A stretch of DNA of 64,000 nt from Eledone cirrhosa (Eukaryota), in NCBI GenBank assembly GCA_964016885.1, contig OZ024760.1, forward strand, positions 9,052,001 through 9,116,000, read 5' to 3'. The notes below the pieces were generated by a model. It did no database searches. It saw nothing but the letters and a program-made list of their open reading frames with translations, and was not told where the DNA came from. Made by a program: the position numbers and the translations under genes. The first letter of the stretch is position 1. The number at the start of each line of letters is the position of its first letter. Positions 15,293 to 31,400 of this stretch are shown here, piece after piece.

Positions 15293-15363
15293 TATGTATG
15301 TATATATATATATATGTATGTATATATATATATATGTATGTATATATATATATATGTATGTAT

Positions 15364-15404
<41 letters not shown>

Positions 15405-15599
15405 TATATGTATGTATATATATATATATATATGTATGTATATATATATATGTATGTATATATATATATATATATGTATGTATATATATATATGTATGTA
15501 TATATATATATGTATGTATGTATATATATATATGTATGTATATATATATATATATGTATGTATGTATATATGTGTGTATTTATATTTATATGTATATGT

Positions 15600-16224
15600 C
15601 TAAGGCGGGTAAAATTCCCGAGATCCATGGACGAGTTCTCTCCAGCGGTCTCTGTCCCTCATTATCGCTGCCATGTCCTGCATCTCCAATAGACCAGTGT
15701 CTGTCCTTAGGGCATCAACATACGTTAACCTTGGTTTTCCTCTTCTTGTGTGTCCATGTAGGGGCTCCCAAAGGAGTACTGAGTGCAATGTCAACTCTGG
15801 ATGTCGGTGAGCATGTCCAGCTAACCTCAGTCTCCTCTGTGTCACTTTTGAGCTGACTTTTGGGATGCTCCCATACAGCTCTGAGTTTTTCATCCTCAGT
15901 GTATACTGATTAATGTTCAGAGCCATCCTCAGCATTCTCGTGTAGCACCCATCCACCATCTGAGTGAGTTTCTTGATCAGTGTCCAAGTCTCAGACCCAT
16001 ACAGCAGCACAGAGGGGATCACTAGTGTAGGCGGGAAGCCGCTGGAATTGGTTGAGGACTTCCTGTATTTGGGAGCAAAGATTAGGAATACGAAGATGAT
16101 GTGGTTGAGAGGAAGAGCAAGGCCTGGGCGGCGTGCCACAGCTTGAGATCGGTGTGGAAGTCGGACCTTCGTAGAGACCTGAAATCCGCCTCTTCATTGC
16201 TGTAGTGGAGTCTGTGCTGCTGTA
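15600..16224 (-). mobile_element. 5'-truncated RTE-clade LINE with inverted 5' segment
   Basis: Minus 15600-~16013: SVLLYGSETWTL...LRLAGH..R...[18 protein letters not shown]...DRDRWR. Plus ~16014-16224: LELVEDFLYLGAKI...AWAACHSLRSVWKS...VESVLLY. Confidence 0.85.
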
Positions 16225-16234
16225 TATATATATG

Positions 16235-16269
<35 letters not shown>

Positions 16270-16400
16270 GTATATATATATGTATATATATCTATATATG
16301 TGTATATATATATGTATATATATCTATATATGTGTATATATATATGTATATATATATATGTATATATATATATGTATATATATATATATCTATATATATG

Positions 16401-16482
<82 letters not shown>

Positions 16483-16589
16483 TACATATATATATGTATA
16501 TATATATATGTATAATATATATATATGTATATATATATATGTATATATATATATGTATATATATGTATATATATATGTATATATATATG

Positions 16590-16661
<72 letters not shown>

Positions 16662-16665
16662 TATG

Positions 16666-16783
<118 letters not shown>

Positions 16784-17271
16784 TATATATAGTATATATA
16801 TATATGTATATATATATATATGTATATATATATATGTATATATATATATTTATATATTTATATATGTATATATATATATATATGTATATATATTATATAT
16901 ATGTATATGTATATATATGTATATATATGTATATATATGTATATGTATATATATGTATATATATGTATATGTATATATATGTATATATATATATATATAT
17001 AGTGTATATATATGTATATATATATGTATATATATATGTATATGTATATATGTATATATATATATGTATATATATATGTATATATATATATATGTATAGT
17101 ATATATGTATATGTATATATATATATGAATATATGTATATGTATATTTGTATATATATATGTATATATATATTATATATATTATATATATATGTATATAT
17201 ATATATATGTATATATATATATGTATATATATATATATGTATATGTATATATATATATGTATATATATTTG

Positions 17272-17305
<34 letters not shown>

Positions 17306-17348
17306 CATATGTATATATATATATATATGTATATATATATTATATATG

Positions 17349-17421
<73 letters not shown>

Positions 17422-17489
17422 TATATATATATATATATATATGTATATATAGATATATATATATATGTATATATATATGTATATATATG

Positions 17490-17520
<31 letters not shown>

Positions 17521-17525
17521 GTATA

Positions 17526-17624
<99 letters not shown>

Positions 17625-17673
17625 GTATATATATGTATATATATATGTATATATATATATGTATATATATATG

Positions 17674-17704
<31 letters not shown>

Positions 17705-17920
17705 GTATATATATGTATATATATATATGTATATATATATGTATATATATATATATGTATATATATATGTATATATATATATATGTATATATATATGTAT
17801 ATACTATATATATATATATGTATATATATGTATATATATATGTGTGTGTATATATATATGTATGTATATATATGTATATATATATATGTGTGTATATATA
17901 TATATATGTATATATATATG

Positions 17921-17955
<35 letters not shown>

Positions 17956-18090
17956 GTATATACTATATATATATATATATGTATATATATGTATATATAT
18001 ATATGTGTGTATATATATATATATGTATATATATGTATATATATATATGTGTGTATATATATATATATGTATATATATATATGTATATAC

Positions 18091-18121
<31 letters not shown>

Positions 18122-18232
18122 GTATAAATATATATATATGTATATATATATATGTATATATATATATGTATATATATGTATATATATATATGTATATATA
18201 TGTGTATATATATATATATGTATATATATATG

Positions 18233-18265
<33 letters not shown>

Positions 18266-18375
18266 GTATATATTATATATATATATATGTATATATATAT
18301 GTATATATATATATATGTATATATATATGTATATATATATATGTATATATATGTATATGTATATATATATATATG

Positions 18376-18406
<31 letters not shown>

Positions 18407-19584
18407 GTATATATATATGTATATATATATATATATGTATATATATTATACGTATATATATATATGTATATATATGTATATATATGTATATATATGTATG
18501 TATATATATATGTATATATATATATACATACATATATATACATATATATACATATATATATATACATATATATACATATATATATATACATATATAACAT
18601 ATATATACATATACATATATATATACATATATATATATATATACATATATATACATACATATATATACATATATATACAATATATACAATATATATATAT
18701 ACATATATATACATATATATATATACATATATATACATATATATATATATACATATATATATACATATATACATATACATATATATACATATATATATAT
18801 ACATATATATATATACATATATATACATATATATACATATACATATATATACATATATATATATACATATATATATATACATATATATACATATATATAC
18901 ATATATATACATATATATATATATACATATATATACATATATATATATACATATATATATATACATATATATACATATATATATATACAATATATATACA
19001 TACATATATATACATATATATATATACATATATATACATATATATATATATACATATATATACATACATATATATACATATATATGTATATATATGTATA
19101 TATATGTATGTATATATATGTATATATATATATGTATATATATATATATGTATATATATGTATGTATATATATGTATAATATATATATGTATATATATGT
19201 ATATATATATATATGTATATATATATATCGTAATATATATATATATGTATATATATATGTATATGTATATATATGTATATATATGTATATATATATATGT
19301 ATATATATGTATATATGTATATATATATATGTATATATATATATGTATATATATATATGTATATATATGTATATATATATATGTATATATATGTATATAT
19401 ATATATGTATATATATGTATGTATATATATGTATATATATGTATGTATATATATGTATATATATATATGTATATATATGTATGTATATATATCTATATAT
19501 ATATATATGTATATATATGTATATGTATATATATGTATATATATGTATATATATATATGTATATATATGTATATGTAATATATG

Positions 19585-19651
<67 letters not shown>

Positions 19652-19662
19652 GTATATATATG

Positions 19663-19695
<33 letters not shown>

Positions 19696-19702
19696 ATATA
19701 TG

Positions 19703-19786
<84 letters not shown>

Positions 19787-19819
19787 TATATGTATATATA
19801 TAAATATATGTATATGTAT

Positions 19820-19869
<50 letters not shown>

Positions 19870-19933
19870 GTATATGTATATGTATATATATATATATATG
19901 TATATGTATATATATATATGTATATGTAATATG

Positions 19934-19975
<42 letters not shown>

Positions 19976-19977
19976 TG

Positions 19978-20009
<32 letters not shown>

Positions 20010-20655
20010 TATGATGCGTGCATATATGTATGTGTACCTGTATGCATATATGTATATATATGTATATGTATGTATATATATATATATATGTATATGTATG
20101 CATGCTACTGTACGTCTGTATACATATATGTATGTACGTATACATACATACTTACATTTAAGTAAGTGCCATACTAAGAGCTGAGAATGAAATTTCGTTT
20201 TCATTTTTTTCAACTTATCGTTTTTCGGTATGCCTGACCGATTTAACTCACTCAATATGCAAATTAGGCTGCTCAGCCGTTAATTTTCATAAGGAAAGTA
20301 TATACTTTCGAACGTTCAACTATCTGGCAGATGGGTAAACGGTGCTGATGATAGCTAACAAGCTTGAAACTAGTACATCGTTCCTGTGTCAGTGTTGAAC
20401 AAAAAGGTGACGTGGTTGCCTTAACACCGTATGGCATAAATTCAGGCTGTTGACAAACAAACGAACAAAGCGGCGTTGTAATAAACGTCCGCTAAACTGA
20501 TGCGTGCATATATGTATGTGTACCTGTATGCATATATGTATATATATGTATATGTATGTATATATATATATATATGTATATGTATGCATGCTACTGTACG
20601 TCTGTATACATATATGTATGTACGTATACATACATACTTACATTTATAATATATG

Positions 20656-20728
<73 letters not shown>

Positions 20729-20741
20729 GTATATATATATG

Positions 20742-20775
<34 letters not shown>

Positions 20776-20833
20776 TATGTGTATATATATATATATGTGT
20801 ATATATATATATGTATATATATATATGTGTATA

Positions 20834-20880
<47 letters not shown>

Positions 20881-20887
20881 GTATATA

Positions 20888-20940
<53 letters not shown>

Positions 20941-20959
20941 ATATATATATGTATATATG

Positions 20960-21037
<78 letters not shown>

Positions 21038-21063
21038 TACATGTATATGTATAAATATATATC

Positions 21064-21167
<104 letters not shown>

Positions 21168-21204
21168 GTATATATATATGTATATATGTATATATATGTA
21201 TATA

Positions 21205-21247
<43 letters not shown>

Positions 21248-21282
21248 GTGTATATATATATATGTATATATATCTGTATATG

Positions 21283-21375
<93 letters not shown>

Positions 21376-21416
21376 GTATGTATATATATATGTATATATA
21401 TATATATGTGTATATG

Positions 21417-21463
<47 letters not shown>

Positions 21464-21466
21464 GTG

Positions 21467-21565
<99 letters not shown>

Positions 21566-21740
21566 GTATATATATATATATATATGTATATATATGTGTA
21601 TATATATATATATATATGTTTATATATATATATATATGTATATATATATGTATATGTTTATATATATATATATATGTATATATATATGTATATATATATA
21701 TATATATGTATATATATGTGTATATATATATATATATGTT

Positions 21741-21771
<31 letters not shown>

Positions 21772-21854
21772 GTGTATATATATATATATGTATATATATG
21801 TATATATATATATATGTATATATATGTATGTATATATATGTATATATATATATG

Positions 21855-21905
<51 letters not shown>

Positions 21906-21975
21906 GTATATATACATATACATATATATATATATGTATATATACATATACATATATATACATATATATATATAC

Positions 21976-22030
<55 letters not shown>

Positions 22031-22041
22031 CATATATATAC

Positions 22042-22089
<48 letters not shown>

Positions 22090-22251
22090 ATATATACATA
22101 TACATATATACATATACATATATATATATATACATATACATATATATATATATATATACATATACATCTATATTAAAACTTTTATACTCTGCTATGTATT
22201 GAGTACCTTACTTACTGTGGTTACCTCCGATTCAACCCGGTATAACGTATG

Positions 22252-22350
<99 letters not shown>

Positions 22351-22379
22351 GTATATATATATGTATATATATATATATG

Positions 22380-22450
<71 letters not shown>

Positions 22451-22457
22451 ATATATG

Positions 22458-22510
<53 letters not shown>

Positions 22511-22521
22511 ATATATATATA

Positions 22522-22594
<73 letters not shown>

Positions 22595-22621
22595 GTGTGT
22601 GTATATATATATATATATATA

Positions 22622-22714
<93 letters not shown>

Positions 22715-22750
22715 ATATATAAATACTATATATATATGTGTGTGTGTGTG

Positions 22751-22801
<51 letters not shown>

Positions 22802-23399
22802 GTATGTATATACACACGTATATATATATATTCATATTTATATATATATATGTACACACACATAAGTATGGCCAAAACTCGAGTATGGGTATGGATTTAA
22901 GGTCCCCATTTATGTGTGTTGTATTGAAGCAATACTCTGGATGAGGCACATTGTTTTATGAAGGGGAAATGTCAGGTTGTTATTGTTTTCTTTGGACAAC
23001 AGAATATGGTGGTATCTTGCTAGCCTGGCTAAGGCTTACGGTACTTTGTTTTTGAATTTGTTTTGCAAGATTTCTTATTTGAAAATGTGTGTTGACACAG
23101 ATATTGTTGTACTGCCAATAAAAAACAACACAATTAAAAATAACAACATAGTAAACAATACACCCTGGAATTCCGCCTTCAATGACCCATATGATAAGTC
23201 CTTCGACATGCGACGCATTTACCCTACGACGCTTTGGTTTAACAAACGATAGGGTTTATCGTCACAAGCTGATGAACAATAGCCAGGACTAAACTTTAAA
23301 AGATTCTGGAACAGCATAGCAGGAAACAGAATAGAATGGAGGCCCAGTAACTGGGAGGAGGGATCCGCAAATAGCTTGTGTAAGCTTATGTAACGCTCA

Positions 23400-23795
23400 C
23401 GAAATTGAGAGATTGTATGCTTTCCAACAGACAGGTCAGGCAGAATGTCAGTTGACAGTCTACCAAACTACATCCTGGCAATGCAACCCAACATCATCAA
23501 CACAAGACAGGTAACACCACAAGAGCATGAGGAAAGGGTAAAGCCCTCAACGCACATATGATTATGTTGACTAGCATAATGTAGCCTAATAAACGGACTG
23601 CCAGCAATTTCCAGGCCTGGAACAACGATATACCAACGTTGTATGGGCTTCGCAAAAACCACAAGGCAAATAGTGACCTAGTCACAGGACCACCAATATG
23701 GCCAGTCTGTGGAGCTAACATTGCTAGCAACTACAGACTCTCCTACTTCCTCTCCTTGATCATACGCCCTCTCATCGAAATGTCCCCAGAAGGAT
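23400..23795 (+). mobile_element. Penelope-like reverse transcriptase remnant
   Basis: PTDRSGRMSVDSLPNYILAMQ and PTLYGLRKNHK...GPPIWPVCGANIASNYRLSYFLSLIIRPLI match PLE motifs TDKsg and YGLPKiHK..PlRP; frameshifted. Confidence 0.75.
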
Positions 23796-23942
23796 GAATA
23801 TTGACGTACATGGGAGATGGGTTAGTGTCCTATCTACGTCAATTCAGAGGATCTTTTAAATCCCAACTAACAGACTAATTCTATTTAGTCAAATACGGCA
23901 TAAGCAGATATTACTATCTAATGTGTAGTGTGTGTGTGTGTG

Positions 23943-24064
<122 letters not shown>

Positions 24065-24092
24065 GCGTGTATATATATATATTAAGAAGCAT

Positions 24093-24733
24093 CTTACTTT
24101 AGAGAGCGCTAGGTCTGTTATAAGCCGTTTGTAGGGTGAGTACTGCTGAAAATCTATAAATCTAGTGATTTCAAGCAGTTGTGGAAATTATCTCCCTTGT
24201 ATAGATGATGTAAGGGAGATCATCAAGCAGGTTATTATATATAGTTTTATATATATATATATATATATAGTGAAAAATGGAACGGGAACAAAACAGAGAG
24301 GCAGTACGAACAAAGGTTTATTAGTTTCACGCTCTCGAGAGTGGGGATGGGGGTGGGGGGATATATATATAAATTCTATAATTTAAGAAAAACCACCTGT
24401 CTCATGTTCACCCCTCTTTTTTTCTTCTTTCTTGTCATATATTTTGGTGTGTTGTTTTGTGAGGTTCCTAGCAGAGGTTAATTGTATTTGTTATATGTGT
24501 TTATATTGGTGTTTAACAACGACATTATATTTGTAATGTTATTTATGTATATATTTAAAACTTAATAAAACTATATATAAAACTATATATAATAACCTGC
24601 TTGATTATCTCCCTTATATCATCTATACAAGGGAGATAATTTCCACAACTTCTTGAAATCACTAGATTTATAGATTTACAGCAGTACTCCCCCTCCAAAC
24701 GGCTTATAACAGACCTAGCGCTCTCTAAAGTAA
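24093..24733. repeat. Inverted repeat, ~160-bp arms (24093-24255 / 24573-24733)
   Basis: ttactttagagagcgctaggtctgttataagccg... vs ...cggcttataacagacctagcgctctctaaagtaa. Confidence 0.85.
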
Positions 24734-24991
24734 CTGTATATACTCGTATAAAATACAAAATTTTTAGACAATTTTTAAAGGTTAAATTTATGGGGTCAAC
24801 TCTTATATGGATAGTACTTTTGAGGGGCTTGAAATTCAAGTTAGAATCCCAAGTAGCGTATCAGTAGCAGAAACCCAACTGATCTCCAAACTAATAAAAA
24901 CAACAATGAATTACAAAATACTACCGATTCTAGTAGAATCCATAAACAAGGGCGTATAACTCTTATGAATTTACACTTGTTTTTTTACTCG

Positions 24992-25437
24992 TATCTATCA
25001 AACTTAACAGTCAATCTTAGTTCAATCAAGTTAATTACTGTATATTTCCATGGGTAATACAATGTGCCGCACGCATTCGCGGAATTTTCCTTAGAACCTA
25101 ACTAATAATTGTTCGTGAAAACCACCACATATTCGCGGAATCGTAAATATCTTCCGCGATTTTTTATGGCTTTTTCGTGGCAATATATATTTTTTAACGC
25201 TACATTATTAATTAATATACCATATTAGCCGGCTTATTGGACGCCCCTTCCGATAAGACGATCCCATTTTTTATTATATTTTACGAACAATTATTAGTTA
25301 GGTTCTAAGGAAAATTCCGCGAATGCGTGCGGCACATTGCATTACCCATGGAAATATACAGTAATTAACTTGATTGAACTAAGATTGACTGTTAAGTTTG
25401 ATAGATAAGACGATCCCTTTTTTTATTATATTTTACG
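24992..25437. repeat. Inverted duplication (~125 bp) bracketed by a ~31-bp direct repeat
   Basis: 24992-25118 is inverted at ~25281-25407; aagacgatccc(a/t)tttttttattatattttacg occurs at ~25255 and ~25407. Confidence 0.85.
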
Positions 25438-25604
25438 TTATATTTTGAGGTTTTTTACTCTTCGCAGGTGCTCTAGAAACATAACCGCCGCAAATACCAG
25501 GAGGAAACTATATATCTACCGGTATACCCCGGCCTACCGTAATACTGTGCACATGGCCGATACGTGCTTGGTATCGTTAAAGTCACACTCATCACAGATG
25601 TGTT

Positions 25605-26215
25605 ATGGTATAGTATATACTATAGATATGGTATAGTATATACTATAGATATGGTATAGTATATACTATAGATATGGTATAGCATATACTATAGATATGG
25701 TATAGTATATACTATAGATATGGTATAGTATATACTATAGATATGGTATAGCATATACTATAGATATGGTATTGTATATACTATAGATATGGTATTGTAT
25801 ATACTATAGATATGGTATAGCATATACTATAGATATGGTATAGTATATACTATAGATATGGTATAGCATATACTATAGATATGGTATAGTATATACTATA
25901 GATATGGTATTGTATATACTATAGATATGGTATTGTATATACTATAGATATGGTATAGCATATACTATAGATATGGTATAGCATATACTATAGATATGGT
26001 ATAGTATATACTATAGATATGGTATAGTATATACTATAGATATGGTATAGCATATACTATAGATATGGTATAGCATATACTATAGATATGGTATAGTATA
26101 TACTATAGATATGGTATAGTATATACTATAGATATGGTATAGTATATACTATAGATATGGTATAGCATATACTATAGATATGGTATAGTATATACTATAG
26201 ATATGGTATAGCATA
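25605..26215. repeat. 23-bp minisatellite (ggtatagtatatactatagatat), ~26 copies
   Basis: Seen directly; the unit holds the palindrome tatagtatatactata. Confidence 0.95.
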
Positions 26216-26387
26216 TTAGTGCTGCATTTTTATTTATAATTAATTCAGTGCAACTTAAGGCTTTAGTTTCAGACATGCATTTGCAGTAATATCAATCTGC
26301 CTTAAATTCATAAGAATTTTGTAAAGGATAATACCTTGACCCACAAATGTGCACCTGTGATCCATGATATATATTACTGTCCAGCCT

Positions 26388-26645
26388 GAGGCGCATGGCC
26401 TAGTGGTAAGGGTGTTGGTCTTTCGATTATAATGATGTGGCTTCAATTTCTGGACTGGGTTGTGTTCTGTTCTTAGACAAAACACTTCATTTCACGTTGC
26501 TTCAGTTGAAAATGACTACCAGTAATAGCTGGGGGTTTAACCATCCCATGGCCTGGCATCCTATCCAGGAGGGAGTCTTGTACTATCATTCGCTTCACAC
26601 CATGAAAGCACCGGGATAAGCACTCGCCTAACAAGCCTCCTAGCT
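26388..26645 (+). mobile_element. tRNA-derived SINE, second family (V-domain-like); reverse copy at ~53300-53580
   Basis: A-box tggcctagtggtaagg; gatggactggcgtcctgtccaggggg-like block shared with 53380-53440. Confidence 0.55.
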
Positions 26646-26676
26646 TCAGACAGACTTTAGATCTTAGACTTTAGAG

Positions 26677-27043
26677 CAGAGGGTCTGAAACTTTTTGAGC
26701 CACCACCCCCTTCACAGCCACGTAATACCCTCAGCTCCCCCCCCCCCCCCAACCCTATTTCCAGAGAGATCTACCTACATGCAAATTGTAAATAATATAT
26801 GATAAATAAAATCGTTAATTTATATATAATAAATAATATAATATATTCTATGTATAAATAAATATTATATATATTATTCATTTTTTACTATATTTATAGA
26901 TAATATGTATCATTTGATATTTAATATACTATATCATCTCTACCACCAACACCTCATCGCCCTTTAGGCTTCACTGCCCCCCTGGAAATTCTCAACCCCC
27001 CCCCCCCCCCCAGGGTCGGTAGCGTCCACTCTGAGAACCTCTG
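26677..27043. mobile_element. hAT-type MITE just downstream of the MRI1 stop codon
   Basis: TIR cagagggtct/agaacctctg, flanked by the 8-bp TSD ctttagag on both sides. Confidence 0.8.
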
Positions 27044-27100
27044 CTTTAGAGCCTGAGATAAGACAACAACAACAACAACAAAACAAACATTACAATAATG

Positions 27101-27255
27101 TTACACTTTAATATTTTTCTTATTTCGTGTGGTCAGTATTGATTCCAGTTCAGTTTTCAGCTCTGAAGGTTTGAACACACCAAATTCTGTTATAATTCCA
27201 CCAGTAATCAGTTCAAATGGTGTTATATCAAAGGCAGGGTTCCAGCATGACATAT
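27101..27255 (-). CDS. MRI1: Methylthioribose-1-phosphate isomerase, exon 5 (last)
   Basis: Acceptor tttctgcag; [33 protein letters not shown]...KV*, the conserved NPAFD.TP motif. Confidence 0.95.
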
Positions 27256-27584
27256 CTGCAGAAATGGCAACAAAAATATATATATAGAACCCTTATTAAC
27301 AGACATTCAATGATGATGAAAATGTAAAAAAATAGAAGGAAATAAATGTTTTAATCCCTCCCCCCTCATTAGTAACCCTCTACCGGCCATATCCAGCCAG
27401 AAATCTTTCACCTCTTTCTGTTCAAACCAGTCGTAACTGGCCACTCATACCGACGCTAATGTATTATTCTCAAAATAAATATCAATTTACCCAAAATAAA
27501 TCATTAACTCTTTAACATTTACATTACTCTATATTTACTATTGTATTTTCACAGTAAATACCTTATTTCACTTAATTATCTCAC

Positions 27585-27812
27585 ATTTTTTCACGCTCAG
27601 AGTTGCTGAAGCATGGAACAAACTACCTGCATCAGTTGTTGGCTGTCGAGACACTGCATCCTTTAAGGCCTCCATGCTTCCCGAGATCCGCCAACACTAC
27701 AGCTAACACTACACACATGTACTTCCCTGACATTTGTGTATTATTCTATGTACTATATTGACGAGTTGTAGTGCACCTGAGCACTTTACACAATAATTTC
27801 ATTATTATTATA
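27585..27812 (+). mobile_element. CR1/L2-type LINE 3' tip nested in a TTAA-MITE
   Basis: FFTLRVAEAWNKLPASVV...FK motif plus (ATT)n tail. Confidence 0.65.
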
Positions 27813-27997
27813 ATATCGAATCTATGAGATTTTGATATTATTTATTTTGTGAACAATACCTTAACACAAGTATGAGCAGTCGGTTACAGCCGGTTTGAAC
27901 AGAATGAGGTGAGAGAATTCTGGCCGGATATGGCCGGTTTAAATGCTAAAGAAATAAGTTCTCCTAAACAGTAAAATAGATGGAGTGTGTATTTTAC

Positions 27998-28399
27998 CTT
28001 TGGGGGCAGTAGCGACACCACTAATGCTCATCATCTCTTTAGAGCTTCTCTCTTCAATAACTATCTCCTGTCCACACTTCAATTCCATGTCACATGACGT
28101 ACTAGGAGCAGCTACATAAAACGGTACCCCATGGTACTTAGCAACAATAGCCAGCTGATAAGTCCCGATCTTGTTAGCCGTGTCTCCGTTAGCAACCACC
28201 CGATCAGCACCAACAACCACACCGGCTATCTTCTTCTCTTTCATCAACATCGCAACCATACTGTCACAGATCAAAGTGCCAGGCATTTCTTCATGTTTTA
28301 TCTCAAATGCTGTCAAGCGAGAACCTTGGTTATATGGACGTGTTTCTGTACAATAAATGTGTTTCAGCATCTTCTTCTCAAGCAAACTCCGCACAACAC
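27998..28399 (-). CDS. MRI1: Methylthioribose-1-phosphate isomerase, exon 4
   Basis: GVVRSL...[18 protein letters not shown]...[24 protein letters not shown]...PFYVAAP; AG/GT boundaries, phase 1-1. Confidence 0.97.
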
Positions 28400-28433
28400 C
28401 TTGAAGAATGAAAACAGAGGATCAATTAAAAGA

Positions 28434-31400
28434 TAGACACCATGGCTGTAGTTAAACCTAGACATCATGGCTGTAGTTAAACCTAGACATCATGGCTGTA
28501 GTTAAACCTAGACATCATAGCTGTAGTTAAACCTAGACACCATGGCTGTAGTTAAACCTAGACATCATGGCTGTAGTTAAACCTAGACATCATGGCTGTA
28601 GTTAAACCTAGACACCATGGCTGTAGTTAAACCTAGACACCATGGCTGTAGTTAAACCTAGACATCATGGCTGTAGTTAAACCTAGACATCATGGCTGTA
28701 GTTAAACCTAGACATCATGGCTGTAGTTAAACCTAGACACCATGGCTGTAGTTAAACCTAGACATCATGGCTGTAGTTAAACCTACATATCATGGCTGTA
28801 GTTAAACCTAGACATCATGGCTGTAGTTAAACCTAGACACCATGGCTGTAGTTAAACCTAGACATCATGGCTGTAGTTAAACCTAGACATCATAGCTGTA
28901 GTTAAACCTAGACATCATGGCTGTAGTTAAACCTAGACATCATGGCTGGAGTTAAACCTAGACATCATGGCTGTAGTTAAACCTAGACATCATGGCTGTA
29001 GTTAAACCTAGACACCATGGCTGTAGTTAAACCTAGACACCATGGCTGTAGTTAAACCTAGACACCATGGCTGTAGTTAAACCTATACATCATGGTTGTA
29101 GTTAAACCTAGACACCATGGCTGTAGTTAAACCTAGACACCATGGCTGTAGTTAAACCTATACATCATGGTTGTAGTTAAACCTACACATCATGGCTGTA
29201 GTTAAACCTATACATCATGGTTGTAGTTAAACCTACACATCATGGCTGTAGTTAAACCTATACATCATGGTTGTAGTTAAACCTAGACACCATGGCTGTA
29301 GTTAAACCTAGACATCATGGCTGTAGTTAAACCTAGACATCATGGCTGTAGTTAAACCTAGACATCATGGCTGTAGTTAAACCTAGACATCATGGCTGTA
29401 GTTAAACCTAGACACCATGGCTGTAGTTAAACCTAGACATCATGGCTGTAGTTAAACCTAGACATCATGGCTGTAGTTAAACCTACAAATCATGGCTGTA
29501 GTTAAACCTAGACACCATGGCTATAGTTAAACCTAGACATCATGGCTGTAGTTAAACCTAGACATCATGGCTGTAGTTAAACCTAGACATCATGGCTGTA
29601 GTTAAACCTAGACATCATGGCTGTAGTTAAACCTATACATCATGGTTGTAGTTAAACCTACACATCATGGCTGTAGTTAAACCTAGACATCATGGCTGTA
29701 GTTAAACCTAGACATCATGGCTGTAGTTAAACCTAGACACCATGGCTGTAGTTAAACCTATACATCATGGCTGTAGTTAAACCTAGACATCATGGCTGTA
29801 GTTAAACCTAGACATCATGGCTGTAGTTAAACCTAGACATCATGGCTGTAGTTAAACCTAGACACCATGGCTGTAGTTAAACCTAGACATCATGGCTGTA
29901 GTTAAACCTAGACACCATGGCTGTAGTTAAACCTAGACATCATGGTTGTAGTTAAACCTACACATCATGGCTGTAGTTAAACCTAGACACCATGGCTGTA
30001 GTTAAACCTAGACATCATGGTTGTAGTTAAACCTAGACATCATGGCTGTAGTTAAACCTAGACACCATGGCTGTAGTTAAACCTAGACATCATGGCTGTA
30101 GTTAAACCTAGACACCATGGCTGTAGTTAAACCTAGACATCATGGTTGTAGTTAAACCTACACATCATGGCTGTAGTTAAACCTAGACACCATGGCTGTA
30201 GTTAAACCTAGACACCATGGCTGTAGTTAAACCTAGACATCATGGCTGTAGTTAAACCTAGACATCATGGCTGTAGTTAAACCTAGACACCATGGCTGTA
30301 GTTAAACCTAGACATCATGGCTGTAGTTAAACCTAGACATCATGGCTGTAGTTAAACCTAGACATCATGGCTGTAGTTAAACCTAGACATCATGGTTGTA
30401 GTTAAACCTACACATCATGGCTGTAGTTAAACCTAGACACCATGGCTGTAGTTAAACCTAGACATCATGGTTGTAGTTAAACCTACACATCATGGCTGTA
30501 GTTAAACCTAGACACCATGGCTGTAGTTAAACCTAGACACCATGGCTGTAGTTAAACCTAGACATCATGGTTGTAGTTAAACCTACACATCATGGCTGTA
30601 GTTAAACCTAGACACCATGGCTGTAGTTAAACCTAGACACCATGGCTGTAGTTAAACCTAGACATCATGGCTGTAGTTAAACCTAGACATCATGGCTGTA
30701 GTTAAACCTAGACACCATGGCTGTAGTTAAACCTAGACATCATGGCTGTAGTTAAACCTAGACATCATGGCTGTAGTTAAACCTAGACATCATGGCTGTA
30801 GTTAAACCTAGACATCATGGTTGTAGTTAAACCTACACATCATGGCTGTAGTTAAACCTAGACACCATGGCTGTAGTTAAACCTAGACACCATGGCTGTA
30901 GTTAAACCTAGACATCATGGCTGTAGTTAAACCTAGACATCATGGCTGTAGTTAAACCTAGACATCATGGCTGTAGTTAAACCTAGACATCATGGTTGTA
31001 GTTAAACCTACACATCATGGCTGTAGTTAAACCTAGACACCATGGCTGTAGTTAAACCTAGACACCATGGCTGTAGTTAAACCTAGACATCATGGCTGTA
31101 GTTAAACCTAGACATCATGGCTGTAGTTAAACCTACATATCATGGCTGTAGTTAAACCTAGACATCATGGCTGTAGTTAAACCTAGACACCATGGCTGTA
31201 GTTAAACCTAGACATCATGGCTGTAGTTAAACCTACATATCATGGCTGTAGTTAAACCTAGACATCATGGCTGTAGTTAAACCTAGACATCATGGCTGTA
31301 GTTAAACCTAGACATCATGGCTGTAGTTAAACCTAGACATCATGGCTGTAGTTAAACCTAGACATCATGGCTGTAGTTAAACCTAGACACCATGGCTGTA

